NCBI GenBank assembly: GCA_905178155.1
Contig: CAJINV010000001.1
Location: 11,639,832 to 11,703,831 of the forward strand
Length of the DNA: 64,000 nucleotides
DNA from: Amoebophrya sp. A120
Lineage: Eukaryota; Protista; Dinoflagellata
Direction of reading: 5' to 3'
Positions within the stretch are counted from its first letter, which is position 1, and every line of letters begins with the position of its first letter. Positions 1 through 12,757 of this stretch are shown here, piece by piece. A model generated the notes under the pieces. The model searched no databases, was not told where the DNA came from, and saw only the letters and a list, made by a program, of their open reading frames with translations. The translations under genes were made by a program, and so were the position numbers.

Positions 1-960
1 CGCGAGCACATCGCGCTTCCACAACATGGAGCGAACCCCTCGAGGTCGGTGCCGAATTTCCCCATCCGGAAAACCGTGCTGCCGCAACCAGTCCCGCGTT
101 TGCTCCTCCGTACCCATGCGCCGACCGGACACGTAAATCACGGCTCGTGCGCTTCCACTACTAGAAGCTTGTGGGGGTGGAGGAACCTGCACATTCGCCA
201 GATCGCCCGTGCCAGAGCTCGATGACGAGGAAGCGTTGCCTGAGTCGACGTCCATGGCGACAGGCGCGGGCGCATGACTATTTCCATCCTTCGCCGACGA
301 GGATAAAATGGCGTCTTTGTGCTCGTCAAACGGCGTCATGCCGCTCCAGGCCCGGAGAAAGGTCCGGCACCAAACGATCGGCTCGTCGAGATGGTAGTAC
401 TCACCATCCAACAAAGCTTCCCAATACGCTGAGCTGCCCTTTTTACCATGAGTCTCCGCGAACTCAATGCGCTTTGTAATATTCGCCACAGTACCATCTA
501 CATCCACAGACAAGAGCTCTTGCCTCCTGCCGCCCCGCGAGCGTGCCCCGCTCGGAGCTGCGTTCGAAAACAAGGACCTGATATTACCCGGTTTGCCGCG
601 ACTGCGATTGCCTTGCTTCCCTTTGTGGTCGGTGGTATGATTGCCGAAGTTCTCCTTCGCGCGCCCACTCTTTGCAGATTTGCCGTGGTTTTTTGCAGAC
701 CCATAGTTTTTCCCCTTGTGGTCGCTGTGATAAGTCTCTAGATACGAATCACCTTTGGCGCTGCCGTGCCAATTCCTGGCATCGGAAGATGTAGTGCCAT
801 ACCCATTTGCAAGCGGTTGTGCATGAGTAGGAGCGGGTGCGGCCCAAAACTGCGCGTCTGCTACCACTGGCGGACCGTCCCAGCCCACGCTGTCGCCCAT
901 CAGCTTTACGTTCACGGCATTAATGTTACCCACTTGTCTACTTGTGTTAGCGTTAATATG
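1..960. repeat. Probable diverged copy (5'-truncated by window edge) of the GC-rich intergenic repeat family
   Basis: No protein-like ORF. Shares short motifs with the 30.3-31.1 kb copy: aacatggagcg at ~23-33 vs ~31080-31090, and cttccctttgtggtc at ~616 vs cttcccactttgtggct at ~30797. Internal duplication ttccc(t/c)ttgtggtcg at ~617 and ~710. Boundaries approximate. Confidence 0.35.
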
Positions 961-1568
961 CACAAAAACAGACGGTAAAAGGAGAGGCAGGTTCTTGTTT
1001 TGAATATGACTTAGTAAGCTCCTTCTGAATAGACGACCTGGCGCGATGTTACAACTAGGGTGCTTGATATCGCGCACCGTGAAAAAACCTCTTTTCAAGA
1101 ACATCCTCGTCAACAACGCACATTCATTTCAGTATCCTACTCGAATTTATAGGTAAGCTAGTCCACTCAAATGCCATCCACTCAACACATCAAATTCGTT
1201 TGTTATCGCGTTTGTTATCGTATTGGTATTTGCCTTGCGCAACCTTTTTCATGTTGCTAAAAGCGATCCACAAAAGCAAAAGGATCGCATTCGCAGAGCC
1301 TCAAATCCAGCTGTTTTATTCAGGCGGATCTTTTAACCACCGGCGGAAGTACATTGCGATCCTCGTTTGCTTGAGGATCATCAACAGCGGCACGAGCCTC
1401 TCCCTCTGTACTTCCTTTTATTACTACAATCGGAACAAAAAACGATCGATCGATGGAAGCCAGCAGGGCGACACCAAATTCAAATGAGGAAACAAATGAA
1501 GTACTTACTTAGAAGGTAAAGGGGAACCGGAACCGCGAGGAACAAAAAATCTTCTGCGCCCACGTTCC

Positions 1569-1655
1569 GCGGATAGCGTGCCTGCTCGCATCAGCACGCG
1601 GCTGTAGCGGATGACGTGCATGCTCGTGCTATCAGCCCGCCGATGTAGCTGTAGC
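1569..1655. repeat. Imperfect tandem duplication of a ~40-nt unit
   Basis: gcggatagcgtgcctgctcgcatcagcacgcggctgta (1569-1606) is followed by gcggatgacgtgcatgctcgtgctatcagcccgccgatgta (1607-1647). Confidence 0.6.
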
Positions 1656-2038
1656 CTTGTGCCGAGACGTGTACTTATTCGCAGCTCTTTCTTTTCTCAT
1701 TCTTTTCTACCTTCCTCCGATGATGTTCATTTTGATGTGTGAAAACACGCAGTGTGCATTTCCTTTTCCGCCTGGTTCTGGATCGAAATGCCAAAAGCTT
1801 CATTTCTATGTCTGATCACCGGCGCGGCGTGAGCACTGTCGCTGCAAGCCAGCCCGGGTTTCGTACATTTCCAACTGCGAAGTTTCGCAAACTCAAGAAA
1901 AGTGCCGCAGTGTTTCCGCAAAAAAATGTGTGTCATACTCCACAGCTGCAGCTGCGACACTCATCCATAATCGTACTGATCACGATTCATTGCTGGTGAA
2001 GCCTGTGACACTAGGACACAAAGAGTCCTCTGCACGTG

Positions 2039-5000
2039 CTACCTCGCCGCGGCCGCAACCGGACGTGGGTGTACGATGTGGGGCTGATGCTGTTGCGCGA
2101 CTGGTGACATGTGCCTTTGGTTGCACTTGAAAAAGGGTGTAAAGACCCCAACTCGCTGTAGACCGAAACCAGCCGTAGAGCTGCTCTTCCGCAAATGCGC
2201 GGGCGAAACGCGACCCGCCACCGGACCGGCCGGACACGTAGCGCCGCCGGCGGAGGGTGACGCGCTAGTTGTCGTGCCGTTTGTGACGTTGCTGACACTT
2301 ATGTTGTTCGACGCCCCGCTGGTATTCAGAGAGTGGGCCGTGCTTTGTAGCCGCATTTTTGGTGGTGGCGCGTACAGGAAGCGCCCGACGGAGCGGCTGT
2401 CGTGATCCGTACCTCGGTTCAGAGGATGTGCATGTGGTCTTTCGCGATCACTGTTGTGTTTGTAGTCCTTCTTGTCCGAAACAGCAACCCGCTTTTCGAG
2501 CGTTTGGAACGTCGTAGTGCAGCGCAAGGGAGACGGGCTCATACCTAAGCGCGTGCGCGGCCAAAGAGACATGTTGTTGTTCGTCCCGCTTTGTGTTCGT
2601 AGCGAAGCAGGGCCGCCCCGGTGTTGCATGCCACCTCTGGTGAGATTTCCCTGAAGTTTCAGTTTTCATTTTCAACCCTTTGCTCGCGTCTTATGGCGCG
2701 CGAGTTACTGTCTGACATATGAAGCTATTTTTCAAAATACCACCCGTCATTCAAAAATAGTCGCAATGCTCATGGCGACAAGGATTGAGTTCCAAACTTT
2801 CCGCTTAACGGTCGTTCGGAAAATCGCCTACTAACTAGTGTAGAAGTAGACTTCCAAAATATTCGACGCAAACAAGTATACCGTTGAGGAAGATGAACTG
2901 CCTCCGGACAGCGGCCCGAGCATGCCTCCAGATCCTGGCGTGCTTGTTGAGTTCAAGCCCGGAGAAGTCAGCATCTCAGCGAAGTGTCGCGCGCCGCCGA
3001 GCATCGTGGGTTTCTCACTCGTCGGCCGTACCTGGTTCGCGATAGGCGGCTGCTGCGCGGACACACTCCCGCTGCCAGTGCTCGTCGACTTTCTGGGTAG
3101 GATCCCCGCGCCGCTCACCAGAATATTGCTCGCGCCACTCTTATTTCCGACTGCTGCGGGTGCGGGAGGTGCAGCCAGGTGTGCATGCTGCGGAAGAATG
3201 CCGCGTGTGTTCCCAGGAACTTCGTGTGCTGGCGACGGCCCTTTTGGCTGCACACTGCTAGTTTGCTGATTTTGTTCCACGATTATGTCGGCGTCACTTT
3301 CATCTTCATCGTAATCGAGTGAGGACGGATTCACGATGTAGCACGGCTTGTTATCCGGGTCCGGGGGAATTGGTGGCGGCAACCTCTCCAACGCGAGAGG
3401 GGGCACCGAGGACGGATGTACAACTTGGGGTCCTCCGTGCTGAAAACCGGAGGCGGGGAAGAGCGTCGTTGCCGCAACGGCGCCTGCCGTTCTAGCGCCG
3501 CCGCTGGTAACCGTTGAGCCAGGCATAGAATTCAGAATGCCGCGATTGCGTAAATTCTTCGCGATCAGACTGCTCGCTGGATGCAGCTTCGAAGACGGAT
3601 CAGAGCACAACTCCTCCTCTTGACTGGCTGACTTTGAGGATGTGGCGACACTGTATCCCGTGTTTTCATCGAGAACTGCCTGTGCGGCGCCACGACGAAG
3701 ACTACGGAGAGCAAGCCGGATCGCAGGCGGCGCACTTACGTACTGGTGCTTCACTTGCAGAGTGCGCAATCGCTCCTCGGTTGTCGCACCTGATTTGAAA
3801 TTATGTTTATGACGGTCACCTTTTCGGTGTCGAAAAACGTACACCTAGGACACATAGTAACATCACTGAATCGATGAACAGTTTCGCACAAGTACCAGCG
3901 CCATCGCTTCCCATCGGCAGCAACGCGTGCATCAGTTCGTCGTGCTGAAAGCGCAGGGTTTCGCCGATTGTGCGGCTGAGAACGATTTTTTCCAGGAGCA
4001 TCTTCAAGCTTGTCTCCCGCTCGTCCGGCCCATGGCACGCTTTGCCGGCATACTGCGCAATCCGCAAAGACTCCAGTTGGTGCAAAACCTGCACAATGTC
4101 TGCTGACAGCTGGTCGTGCACGGGAAGGTACTCCTCCTGCACTAGCTTCAAGAACCTCGAGCTCGTCTCCATGTATTGTCGGCAGTTGCTTCCAAAGCTA
4201 TCTTCGGCTGTGAGAGGCACTCGGGGAAATCTGTTCGCAGCAACCGAGCTTGTTCTCTTCAGCAGCTGGGGTTCGGCGCGCGGACGCTCTGCTTCACACG
4301 CCGGGGCTTGCTGCATGATGTTGTGCGCCTGCAGCTCTTGGTGGCTGAACTCTGCCGGGACACTGGGGCTGGTGGTGCTCTTGTCGCGGATCGGAGCAAT
4401 CTGCGGGCCAGGGTCTGCTAGAACGGGCGACGTTGCCGCAGCCTGCGCTTTGTCGAAAGGAAACGTTGCTCGGGTGCCTTTCTTCGTCAGAGCAGAACCA
4501 GCTCCATACGCGGTTGGATTTTTGGTTCCATTGATGCTGTTGGCATCGTGTCTAGTTTGCGTCGGGTCGTCGTCGTTGACGAGCTCCGGAGACACTAGTT
4601 CAGAGTGTGCTCCTGCTTCCGAATGTTGACCTATGGTTGCTACATTTGACATTGACACCTCCGGTGGTCTTGGTTGGATTTGTGAAGAGGACGGACCACC
4701 AATCACCCCCCGAGAAGCGGACGAGGACGAAGATGGGTGCGCTTGCGCAGGCGCGCCAGTGCTGCTTCCCTGCTGGTCCCTAGTGCTAGCAGTCGTGGAC
4801 CGTTGTTCGTCAGTCGTGCTGGCAGTCGAGAGGTGCTTCACCTGTGCAGCCAGAAGGTCGATCGTGCGCTGCTGCTGCTGTCTTTGCTCCGCCTTGGTGA
4901 AGATGGCGCTCGTAGACGTAGTACCGGTTGCAGTTGTACCTCGAGCAATGTTGCTGCTCCTGTTCCCCCCACTGCCGGCCGCATCTGCTTGCTCGAGAAC

Positions 5001-6875
5001 TAATTCTGCGGGACCTCCCACATCGACTTTGAAGGTTGCGTCGTCAACTACCTCGTTCCCTGGTTCGCAGCTTAGCGCAGAGAGCATGGAGTGCTGCACG
5101 AGCGGGGAGTCACTGATCAAGTGCTGTGGAGAAGAAAACCGGTGGTTCAAACGCAGATTCGCCTGCTCGTTGGTGCGGGTTAGCAAGCCGGAGCCCGCAG
5201 GTCCGGAGGAAAACGCGGGACTCGGGGTGGAAGCGGCGTTCGGTTGCACCTGCTTCGGGAACACGGTCGCCAGTTCCGACAGGGTCTGTAACACAGGTAG
5301 TGCGGCCCGCAATTCCGTCTCGCGGTCCAACCGGAAGCAATACGTGACCACGAGAGTGCTGGTGTGTAGCGCAGCTGCGCCCCGCATCTCGAGCAACCGG
5401 GCCAGGTGAGTGCGGGGTTGCTGCGTCAAAACGGGCGTCGACGTGTTGGTGCTGGCTTTTCTAGCCGCGGGGGCGGCCGCGCCGTTCGTCACGTCGTCGC
5501 GCGCGACTACTTGCAAACACTGTTGTTTGTGGATGTTGCATACATAGTACATATCGTGATCTAGATCTCCTGTCGTGTCTGCAGTCTGACTCAAAGACTC
5601 AGATCGCAAGCCATTCACTTCTGTTGGTGCTGCTCTCCTGCAAGTACCATCAGAACCTTAAAAGTGAAAATGAAAAATCCAGAGCGCCTCCTTGTTGTAC
5701 CTCCATAAAAGCGTGCAGGTTGTGCTGCAGTGACGACGCAATCCTCTGCTGCTTCAAGCTACTTCCGCGCAACCGGGTTGCCGTTTCTGTCGGTGAGTGG
5801 CAGGAAGCGAAAGTGTCGTCGAATGGCAATTCAATGAAGCGGAAGCAGGTTTTCCTGTCGGCGGAGGAAATTTGGAAACACGTTGCGCACTGCGGAGATT
5901 TTCGCATGGCTCCCTGCATGTATATTTGTCGCAGTCGGTCTAGTTCCAGTTGCCCCTGCTCGACAGGCGAAAGGTTCTCCGCAAGCGCCTGGCCTGGGGG
6001 TAGTTCGCCGCGCAGCCTTAATGCGTTCTCCAGAGAAGCGACACGACGAAGGGCGTTACTTGACGCAGCGGGGTTCCCTCCGTTGATAGAAGGACCTGTT
6101 CCGGAGGTGAAATTCCTTGAATTCCACTTGTTGTGTGCCGGGGGGGAGGAAAACAAGCGCCCGACTTTTGAGGTCGCGCCGCTACCACCAGAACTGGTGG
6201 AACTGCTACTCCCGCCCGCCATCTCATTGGGCGGCCCAGCCAGCAGGTCGAACATGCCACCATCGGAAAACTCCACGAAGCTCGCTTCCAGTGGCGTCTT
6301 CTCGCGTTGCGAAGAGGCCGAGGACACAGCGGGAACGCAGAGACAATGCAATGCGCGGGGAAGCAGTCCGTGCTCCGGCAGGTCCGGCGTGTTCCATTTT
6401 CCCTCGACCGTGTGCCTGAGATGGGACATCAGATTTACGTTCTCTCGATCTATCTTAATGTGAACGATATACGTAGCAATCTTCAGTTGTAGAGTGCGAA
6501 GTATATGAAAAGGTCAACTGTAGTACGTTTTCCCCGAACCCGGTGCGCCAAAGAACAGGAAAGTCGCGTTTTTCTGTTCCCGAAGGTGCGGAAAGCAGAC
6601 CCGCTCGAAGACGGCTTCCTGGTTATTCGCGGCCGCGAAAAGACCCGCGACTGGAATGAAGCTGCAGTGTAAGATTTTTTTCCGCTAAAAAATATTCGTT
6701 CTCGCAGGCGGCTTGCGCACAGTCACAGCTATCGCTACGAATCAGTGATGTCAACAAGAAAACTGAAAGCGCACCTGTCGCGAAAGTGAAGCCCGTCATT
6801 CTGCAATCGCACTACATGGTGCTGCGGATCATCGTCTGCTGATACACACCCACGAGCAAAAAGCTCCACCTTCAT
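2039..6875 (-). CDS. Highly divergent kinesin-like protein (N-terminal motor domain, long low-complexity tail), ~1376 aa, 6 exons
   Basis: Exons 6875-6739, 6661-6527, 6415-5701, 5519-3896, 3789-2882, 2650-2039 join in frame through GT-AG introns. Splicing restores the kinesin P-loop context NQEAVFERV...NATFLFFGAPGSGKT/HTVEG. This is followed by GLLPRAL, ASFVEF...MFDLL and HLARLLE...TLVVTYCF...LPVLQTL, equivalent to kinesin GIIPRA, SYLEI...DLL and KLTRLLQ...TLMIA...TLSTLRF. The intron 3 acceptor and the 3' end are least certain. Confidence 0.75.
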
Positions 6876-9800
6876 TGTCCTCGAGGCAACTTGGTAATTA
6901 CTTAATTCGTTCTCCTCGCGGAGACCCTTCTTCTTGATCAATGCAAGGTACACGTGACACGCATGGCAAGTAGGCGTCTCAACTTCATCAAGCTTGATGA
7001 TCGCTAGGCGAAACCAATAGAGCACCTCGCTGGCAGATGATACCCTGTGAGGTCCGCGCCTCCCCGATCTTTCTGAGTAAGGTTTTACTGAAGACAGCGA
7101 AGTCTAAGTTTCCAGTTTATGCTGCGACAACGCCTGTGACCACGGACCTCCACACGAACGGTAAAAAACTTGAGACCGGTGTAGCTGCGCTTCACCAACT
7201 TTGCTCTTTTTGTTCGCCTCGAGATATTTGAAAGCGCGTGCTTTTTATCAACTCAGAATGAAGGACAACCGCTTTTTGCAAGACGAAAATTTGACAGCAG
7301 AGACTAACTCTAAGAAAAATCAAAAATCTCGGTGTTGGATACCGACACGCCGAACAACAAAAGTCATAAGATAATGCGCATTCTTGTAAAGCGCTTGTGT
7401 GCCTTCAGGCGAAGGGATTTCTTATTTTGCAATACTTCCTCGTCGATGACGACAGCGTAAAGATTCAAGACTTTTTAGTCACAACTCTTTCTTTCAAACA
7501 GTGAACACCTTGTCCCTTTCTCAAAACATATTACTAGTATATTTGATACATAACATTGCGATAAAATTCTCCGAATCAGGATAAGTAGCTATTGAGTCGT
7601 AAAGAGCTTAAAATTCGTACTTAAACGTAAAAGACTGAGAAAATTTTCGTTGTGAAGCAGTCTGTCGTAGCAGTCATAAGTGGTTTTTCCTCCTTGTTCG
7701 ACCTAATCTGCAATGCCTCTTCCTACTTCTTTTAGGCCTGCAAATTTGATAACACCTCCGTCCATGCTGCTGCCGCAATGTTGCATAAGCGCATCAAAAA
7801 TTCTAGTTTTTCCATAAAGCCCGTTCAGTCGTGGTGTACAATGAAAGAAATTGAAATTCTTGAAAAAGTCCTGAATAAAATTACGCTCCTCTTTTCACTG
7901 ATACTAGCTCTGCTGTGCACGACAAGAGAGTACAGTACGTGACTCGTAGAAATGGACTCCCACTTGAACTACAAGCTATAGTAACATAATTTGGTTTTTG
8001 GCTTTTCGCAGATTTGAATTTGTCGTTTCTCTTTCTTCTTGCCTACTTTTTCAATAGCAAGATGAAACTGAAAGACAAAAAATTCCTGGGAGTACCTATT
8101 AAGCTACATCTTCGCCTGCTATATTTTTGGTTCGAATTTCGCTCCCGTAAAACAACCTAAAGCATTCTGGTTTTTCAACAGAAATTTGAAAAGGTCGCGA
8201 TTATCGAGTCACGGTCATCGAGTTTTTTATGAAGTTTTTTGTCGGCGTCTATTGGATAGAGGTTTCGTTTTCGCAACACAGAGATGGTAAACGTAAAGAG
8301 TAAAAAGCCCGTTAGAATAATCTTTCCGTAGATCATAATTGTTTTTTCAGACATTCTAGCTCAAAATCTGCCGTATTTCGAGTAATATTTCCGGAGTTCG
8401 GTTGTTTAAGTTACTGAAATAAGAGGCTAAAAATACAAAGCGAAACGCTGAACTTTTTCAATCCAACGAGACGCTACTGAAGATCGATTTTATTCTGGAG
8501 ATGATATCACTCGTTCATCTCACTGACTGTTGTACGAACTGGAAAAACAGCGAACTAGTACTTAAATAAGTTTGAAGGACGAGCCGAGTAATTCTGAAAT
8601 CAGGTCGTCTTTTTTGTGAAGCAGAAAGAGAAGTCGAAGAAGAACCTATTCAATTTGTGTCGAGAACTTTCGCCAGCATCTCGTGAAAAGGAAAATTGTG
8701 CACTTGTAATTCTTGTGCGATTATTGCTACCACTACCTATAGTAAGTTTTTTGAAAGCAACAAGAACCGGTAAAAGAACATCAACATTGCCTGGAGGTGG
8801 AAGGAAATCATGGACTACCATCCCAGAGAAGAAAAAAAGGATACTCCTGAAATAGTTTCATCGTAGTTGTGCACAGGAAGAAACGCTTTCGCCCTCAGGC
8901 CGATCAACCAAAAAAAAGGGGGGAAAAATCGAAACGATAACGAAATAATTTGACAACATACAGAATCAGAATCTTTGATTACCTCGACAATGCGAGTCTA
9001 GGCTCAGTCTAGGTGGTCGGAAGCTTGTCAGGAATTGGAATATAGCCATTGTAAGTGATAAAGATAATGACGTCAAAATTGGCATTTAAAATCGTCGCAA
9101 CGATCTAACGCTGTCTATCCGATAGAAAGCCACACAAGGAAAGTCTGACTTTCTCCGAATTTAGCGATGGTTCTTGAGAGTGTTGGGTGGATGCTCCTAC
9201 GGAGAAGCCGGCTCTAGTGACATATTGAAGAGGTGGGCCCATAGTACATAGAGCAGTCCCGAAATCTAGAATTCTTAGAAATTTTCGGACAGTTTTTGTT
9301 ATTATCCTTTACCTCATAGAAAAGGTGCTTTGTGAGAACTTGTAGAAAGACGTTCGGGTAAGTGAAAGCGTTCTTCTTGCTCTGAGTAATCCATTTGATG
9401 TAGTTGTAACCGTTGGTCCGCGGTCTTCAACGCGACTATGTTCCTGGTTCTCTTTCGTCCCTTCGACCGGGACGGCCGCAAGGACGGATCGGGACAACCA
9501 GAAACGGCGCACGACGTACTTGCTTGATGTATGGATGTGTCAGAGTTGAAATCGACAAAGTTGAAATAATTTGTCATGCATAAAATGGATGCCAGTTGGA
9601 ACCCAGTTTCTAAGTGGCGCATGGCAAATTTCGGTGGTTCCTAAATCCAGTTTGTCATGCTGTTTAGGCAAAGAAGAGCGCTTCTCTCATGCTACTTTAG
9701 CAGCTCGAGCTGTAGCCCCAAACAGGCTTACAATCGGCCGCACTTGCCTGCTCTGCAACACACGTGCCGCGGGTCATGCATTTTATGCATTACAAATTAT

Positions 9801-11192
9801 TTCAACTTTGACGATTTCAAACCTGACGCTTCCATATGATGTTCTTTTTTACTAGGTACTTTTTTCCAACCTGTTTCTCCTCGATCTTCCTACGTCGGTA
9901 GCTTAAATAATGTTTTTTTTCGAAAAAGTTACGAAACCGTCGGTCTTGGATCTTGTCGTTTTCATAAGATTGAATGTTGATGTTCTCTTTCTTGTAATTG
10001 TGTCTTCAACCCGCACAACGGGTTGAGATGCTTTCTGTTTTCCGTTCTTCGAAATCTTCTTTATGGCAAAGGTCACTTTTCATGCGAAAAAACTTTATGT
10101 TGGAACTTCTGATTTACTACTTTCCATTAGATCTAAACTTTATGTTATTTACCTTCGCCTTCATCTGCTTCACTTTCGATAAAATTCAAAATTGCACATA
10201 TGCGGATCCTGATTCTGAAAGTCTTACAAATCGGAATCCCTTTCTCACCTACGCTCGCACCGTGCGCGCATGCTGAATTTTTAATGTGCAGGCAATCACG
10301 TCGTCTTTCATCGGATTGGGGATCAAATCAAGGCAGATCCCTTCTCCCTTCTTCACTTGACAGCTCGGTAACTTGACAGCGACGACGCTCGGTAACTCCA
10401 CTGATTCCCCTGAGGCAGACGCGGCCTTGCTACCCAACTTCTCGTAACGCTCGTTCGTTACCTTGTTGTAGTTTTCGTGGAGACAACATCAATTACAGCA
10501 TCAAAGTGCCCCGAAGATATGCATACACACTAGGTCCACCCAGTCATTGAACATCAGAAAGAATCAGAGGCAAAATTATCAATACCGCGGTTGTCGCGAC
10601 CGTAATGGTATAAGCATCACACTCGGTTACACAACCCATATAGTGTTTGATTGGTGTCGAGTCGCCGACACGCTTCTGCCCGCCGAAAAGGTGCGGGTAG
10701 GCGACGCGGAAAGCCTGTGGTGTGGGTGATTATCACTCTTGCCGCGCTCATGTGAAAGTGAACCGAAGCTCGAGGGAATGACAATAAAGACCTTCTTCTA
10801 TATGAATTAGAGTTTAGCATAATTGTTTTCTCCTCCCTGGGTGGGGCCACACGATAAAGGGCAAAGCAAAGCTAAGGCTTCTGTTGTAAAGGAACCTCCA
10901 CGATGCGGCCATCGAAGCCCTTGGCTCTTGAGTCGCTAATATCCGGAATCTGCCTCTGCTCCGCGTCCTTAAGGTGAAACAACTTCCCCTGCAACTCGCC
11001 GTACACTTTCCCCCTGAAAGTTGTGGTCAAATGTGTTTCGCTTGCCTCACTCTGCCAGTACCAAGCGATCGTAGATGAGAAAGGTAAATAGTATTTCATC
11101 GTTACCATTTGGGCTTGGCCATACTGTAGAGTTTGTCTTTGATAAAAAACCGACGCGGCAACGAACAAAAAAATCTGCCGTGTGGCAACATT

Positions 11193-12757
11193 CTACCAGT
11201 CCTCGAAAAAGCCGCTTTCGATGTTCACCAGGTGTTCTTCGTTCTGTATCTTTTTTTCGCGGACCTCATTGCTGACGAAACTAGATATACAGTTTCTGCA
11301 GAAGATACTCCAAATCCCACTGCAGTGGTACGGCAGAAGCCCTCGGCACACAGGGTTGATACAGTGAGACTCTTTTTCAACCACCGGGCATTCAGTGCAA
11401 TCCTGTGATAATATTTTGACCATGCAAGCATTCATTTGAAGTTCATAGTCCTACTGACAACGTACCGAATCTGAACACGCATTTATTCGAATAATGTTCC
11501 TATCCTATGTATTAATAGTACCTGTCCCTCCATTTCCTTTTTCTTCTTGGCCATGCGGTTCGCGTTAGCTTTGATCTGGTTTTCTTGCTTTTTCATGGCC
11601 ATGAATTGCAATGCTTTCTCCTCCAGAGCCTTGGTGTCCGAGGAAACAACATCGTCAGAATTTTTCAATTTCAGGTCCTTTAGCGTCTCCTTCGCCAATT
11701 CCGCGTTGGCGCGCTTCGCCTCCGCGACAGACCCGCGGTTCGGGGCCACCCATCCATGGTAGTTGAAGTTGTTGTACTGAGCGCGTGTGCCATTATAGCT
11801 GGTGTTCTGGTAGAAGCCCTGTTTGTTGTACGTACTGTATTTATTGTTCGCGGATGACACATACTTCGACTGGTGATGGTGGTGGTGGTGCCCCGCCTTG
11901 CCATTTCCCTTGGCCGTCCTGTTCGTCGGAGCAGCCGGAGTTTTTTCGTGGTAGCTGGTGCCCGCGGAAGAAGCGGGTGGTCCTTGGCTACTGTACGTCG
12001 CCGTGTAGGTGCTGTTTTCAGCCACAGCTGCAGTGGCTCGCTCTTTAACGCCGGCAGCACCCGTCGTGGAAGCGGGGCAGCCAAGAAATTGCTGGTCGGC
12101 GGTTTTCACGTTGGTCTTTGCAGAGGACATGACGTTGCCGTTGGCGCCATTCGTCGTCGCGCAAGGAGTCACCGGCAGGGACAGCCCCGGCGGCGGCGTC
12201 ACCACCGCGCGGACGGAAGATGTCGTGGTCGTGGTTCCGGTCAGACGGAAGGGCGCGGGAGCCGAGATCTGCTGCTGCTCCACCTCAGCAGACACAACCA
12301 ACTGCCCCACGGGAGTAGTACTGGCCGGGCTGGTGAAGCCGGAGGGGTCCGAATCGTTGTTACTCAGCGAGGAGGTGCGGGTAGAGTTCGTTTTGCTACA
12401 ACCGGCGGGCAGAACTGGAATCCCCAACGCAATGGCTGAAGTGGCAGCAGCTCCATGGTAAAACGCGTGGTGCGGGATGTTGGTGGCGGCTGGCCCGCTG
12501 GGGTAGGCGGAACAAGCAACAGCGTTGTTGTAACTGGACAGGTTGTAAGCAGCCTCGTAGTGCGACGCATCGTAGCCGTGGTACATCGCACCAGTGAGCG
12601 ACGTGGTACAACTCCCCGCACCAGGAGCAGTGGCTGAACCCGGGTAGTGGTGCAGATGATGGTTACAGTAATGCCAGTCCTGCTCCGCCGCTTGGTACGC
12701 CGCGGCAGCCGCAGCCGCGTACATCATGTCGCCGGGGCCGGCAAACATGTTGTACAT
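11193..12757 (-). CDS. Hypothetical low-complexity (Ala/Thr/His/Tyr-rich) protein with Cys-rich, zinc-ribbon-like second exon
   Basis: Exon 12757-11522 (donor CAG|GTACTA) joins in phase to exon 11402-11193 (acceptor CACAG|GAT), which encodes CTEC...CINPVC...FCRNC. The gene may continue into further exons below 11193. Confidence 0.5.

Noticed and set aside
3790-3895. Possible non-canonical introner-type intron (weak tgat...atca inverted ends)
   Set aside because: A canonical in-phase GT-AG intron (3790-3895) explains the frame change. No intron in this window required non-canonical ends or showed clear terminal inverted repeats.
3970-6463. Long plus-strand ORFs (3970-4629, 4633-5409, 5624-6463; likewise 31930-32805, 49790-50770, 61076-62221)
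   Set aside because: They lie antisense to well-supported minus-strand genes, have no recognisable motifs, and are expected shadows of GC-rich coding sequence.
10006-10026. Perfect 8-bp hairpin tcaacccg-cacaa-cgggttga, with an in-frame TGA between two open segments on the minus strand
   Set aside because: An 8-bp stem is expected by chance in 64 kb. The flanking peptide resembles no selenoprotein, and bacterial-style terminators are not relevant here.
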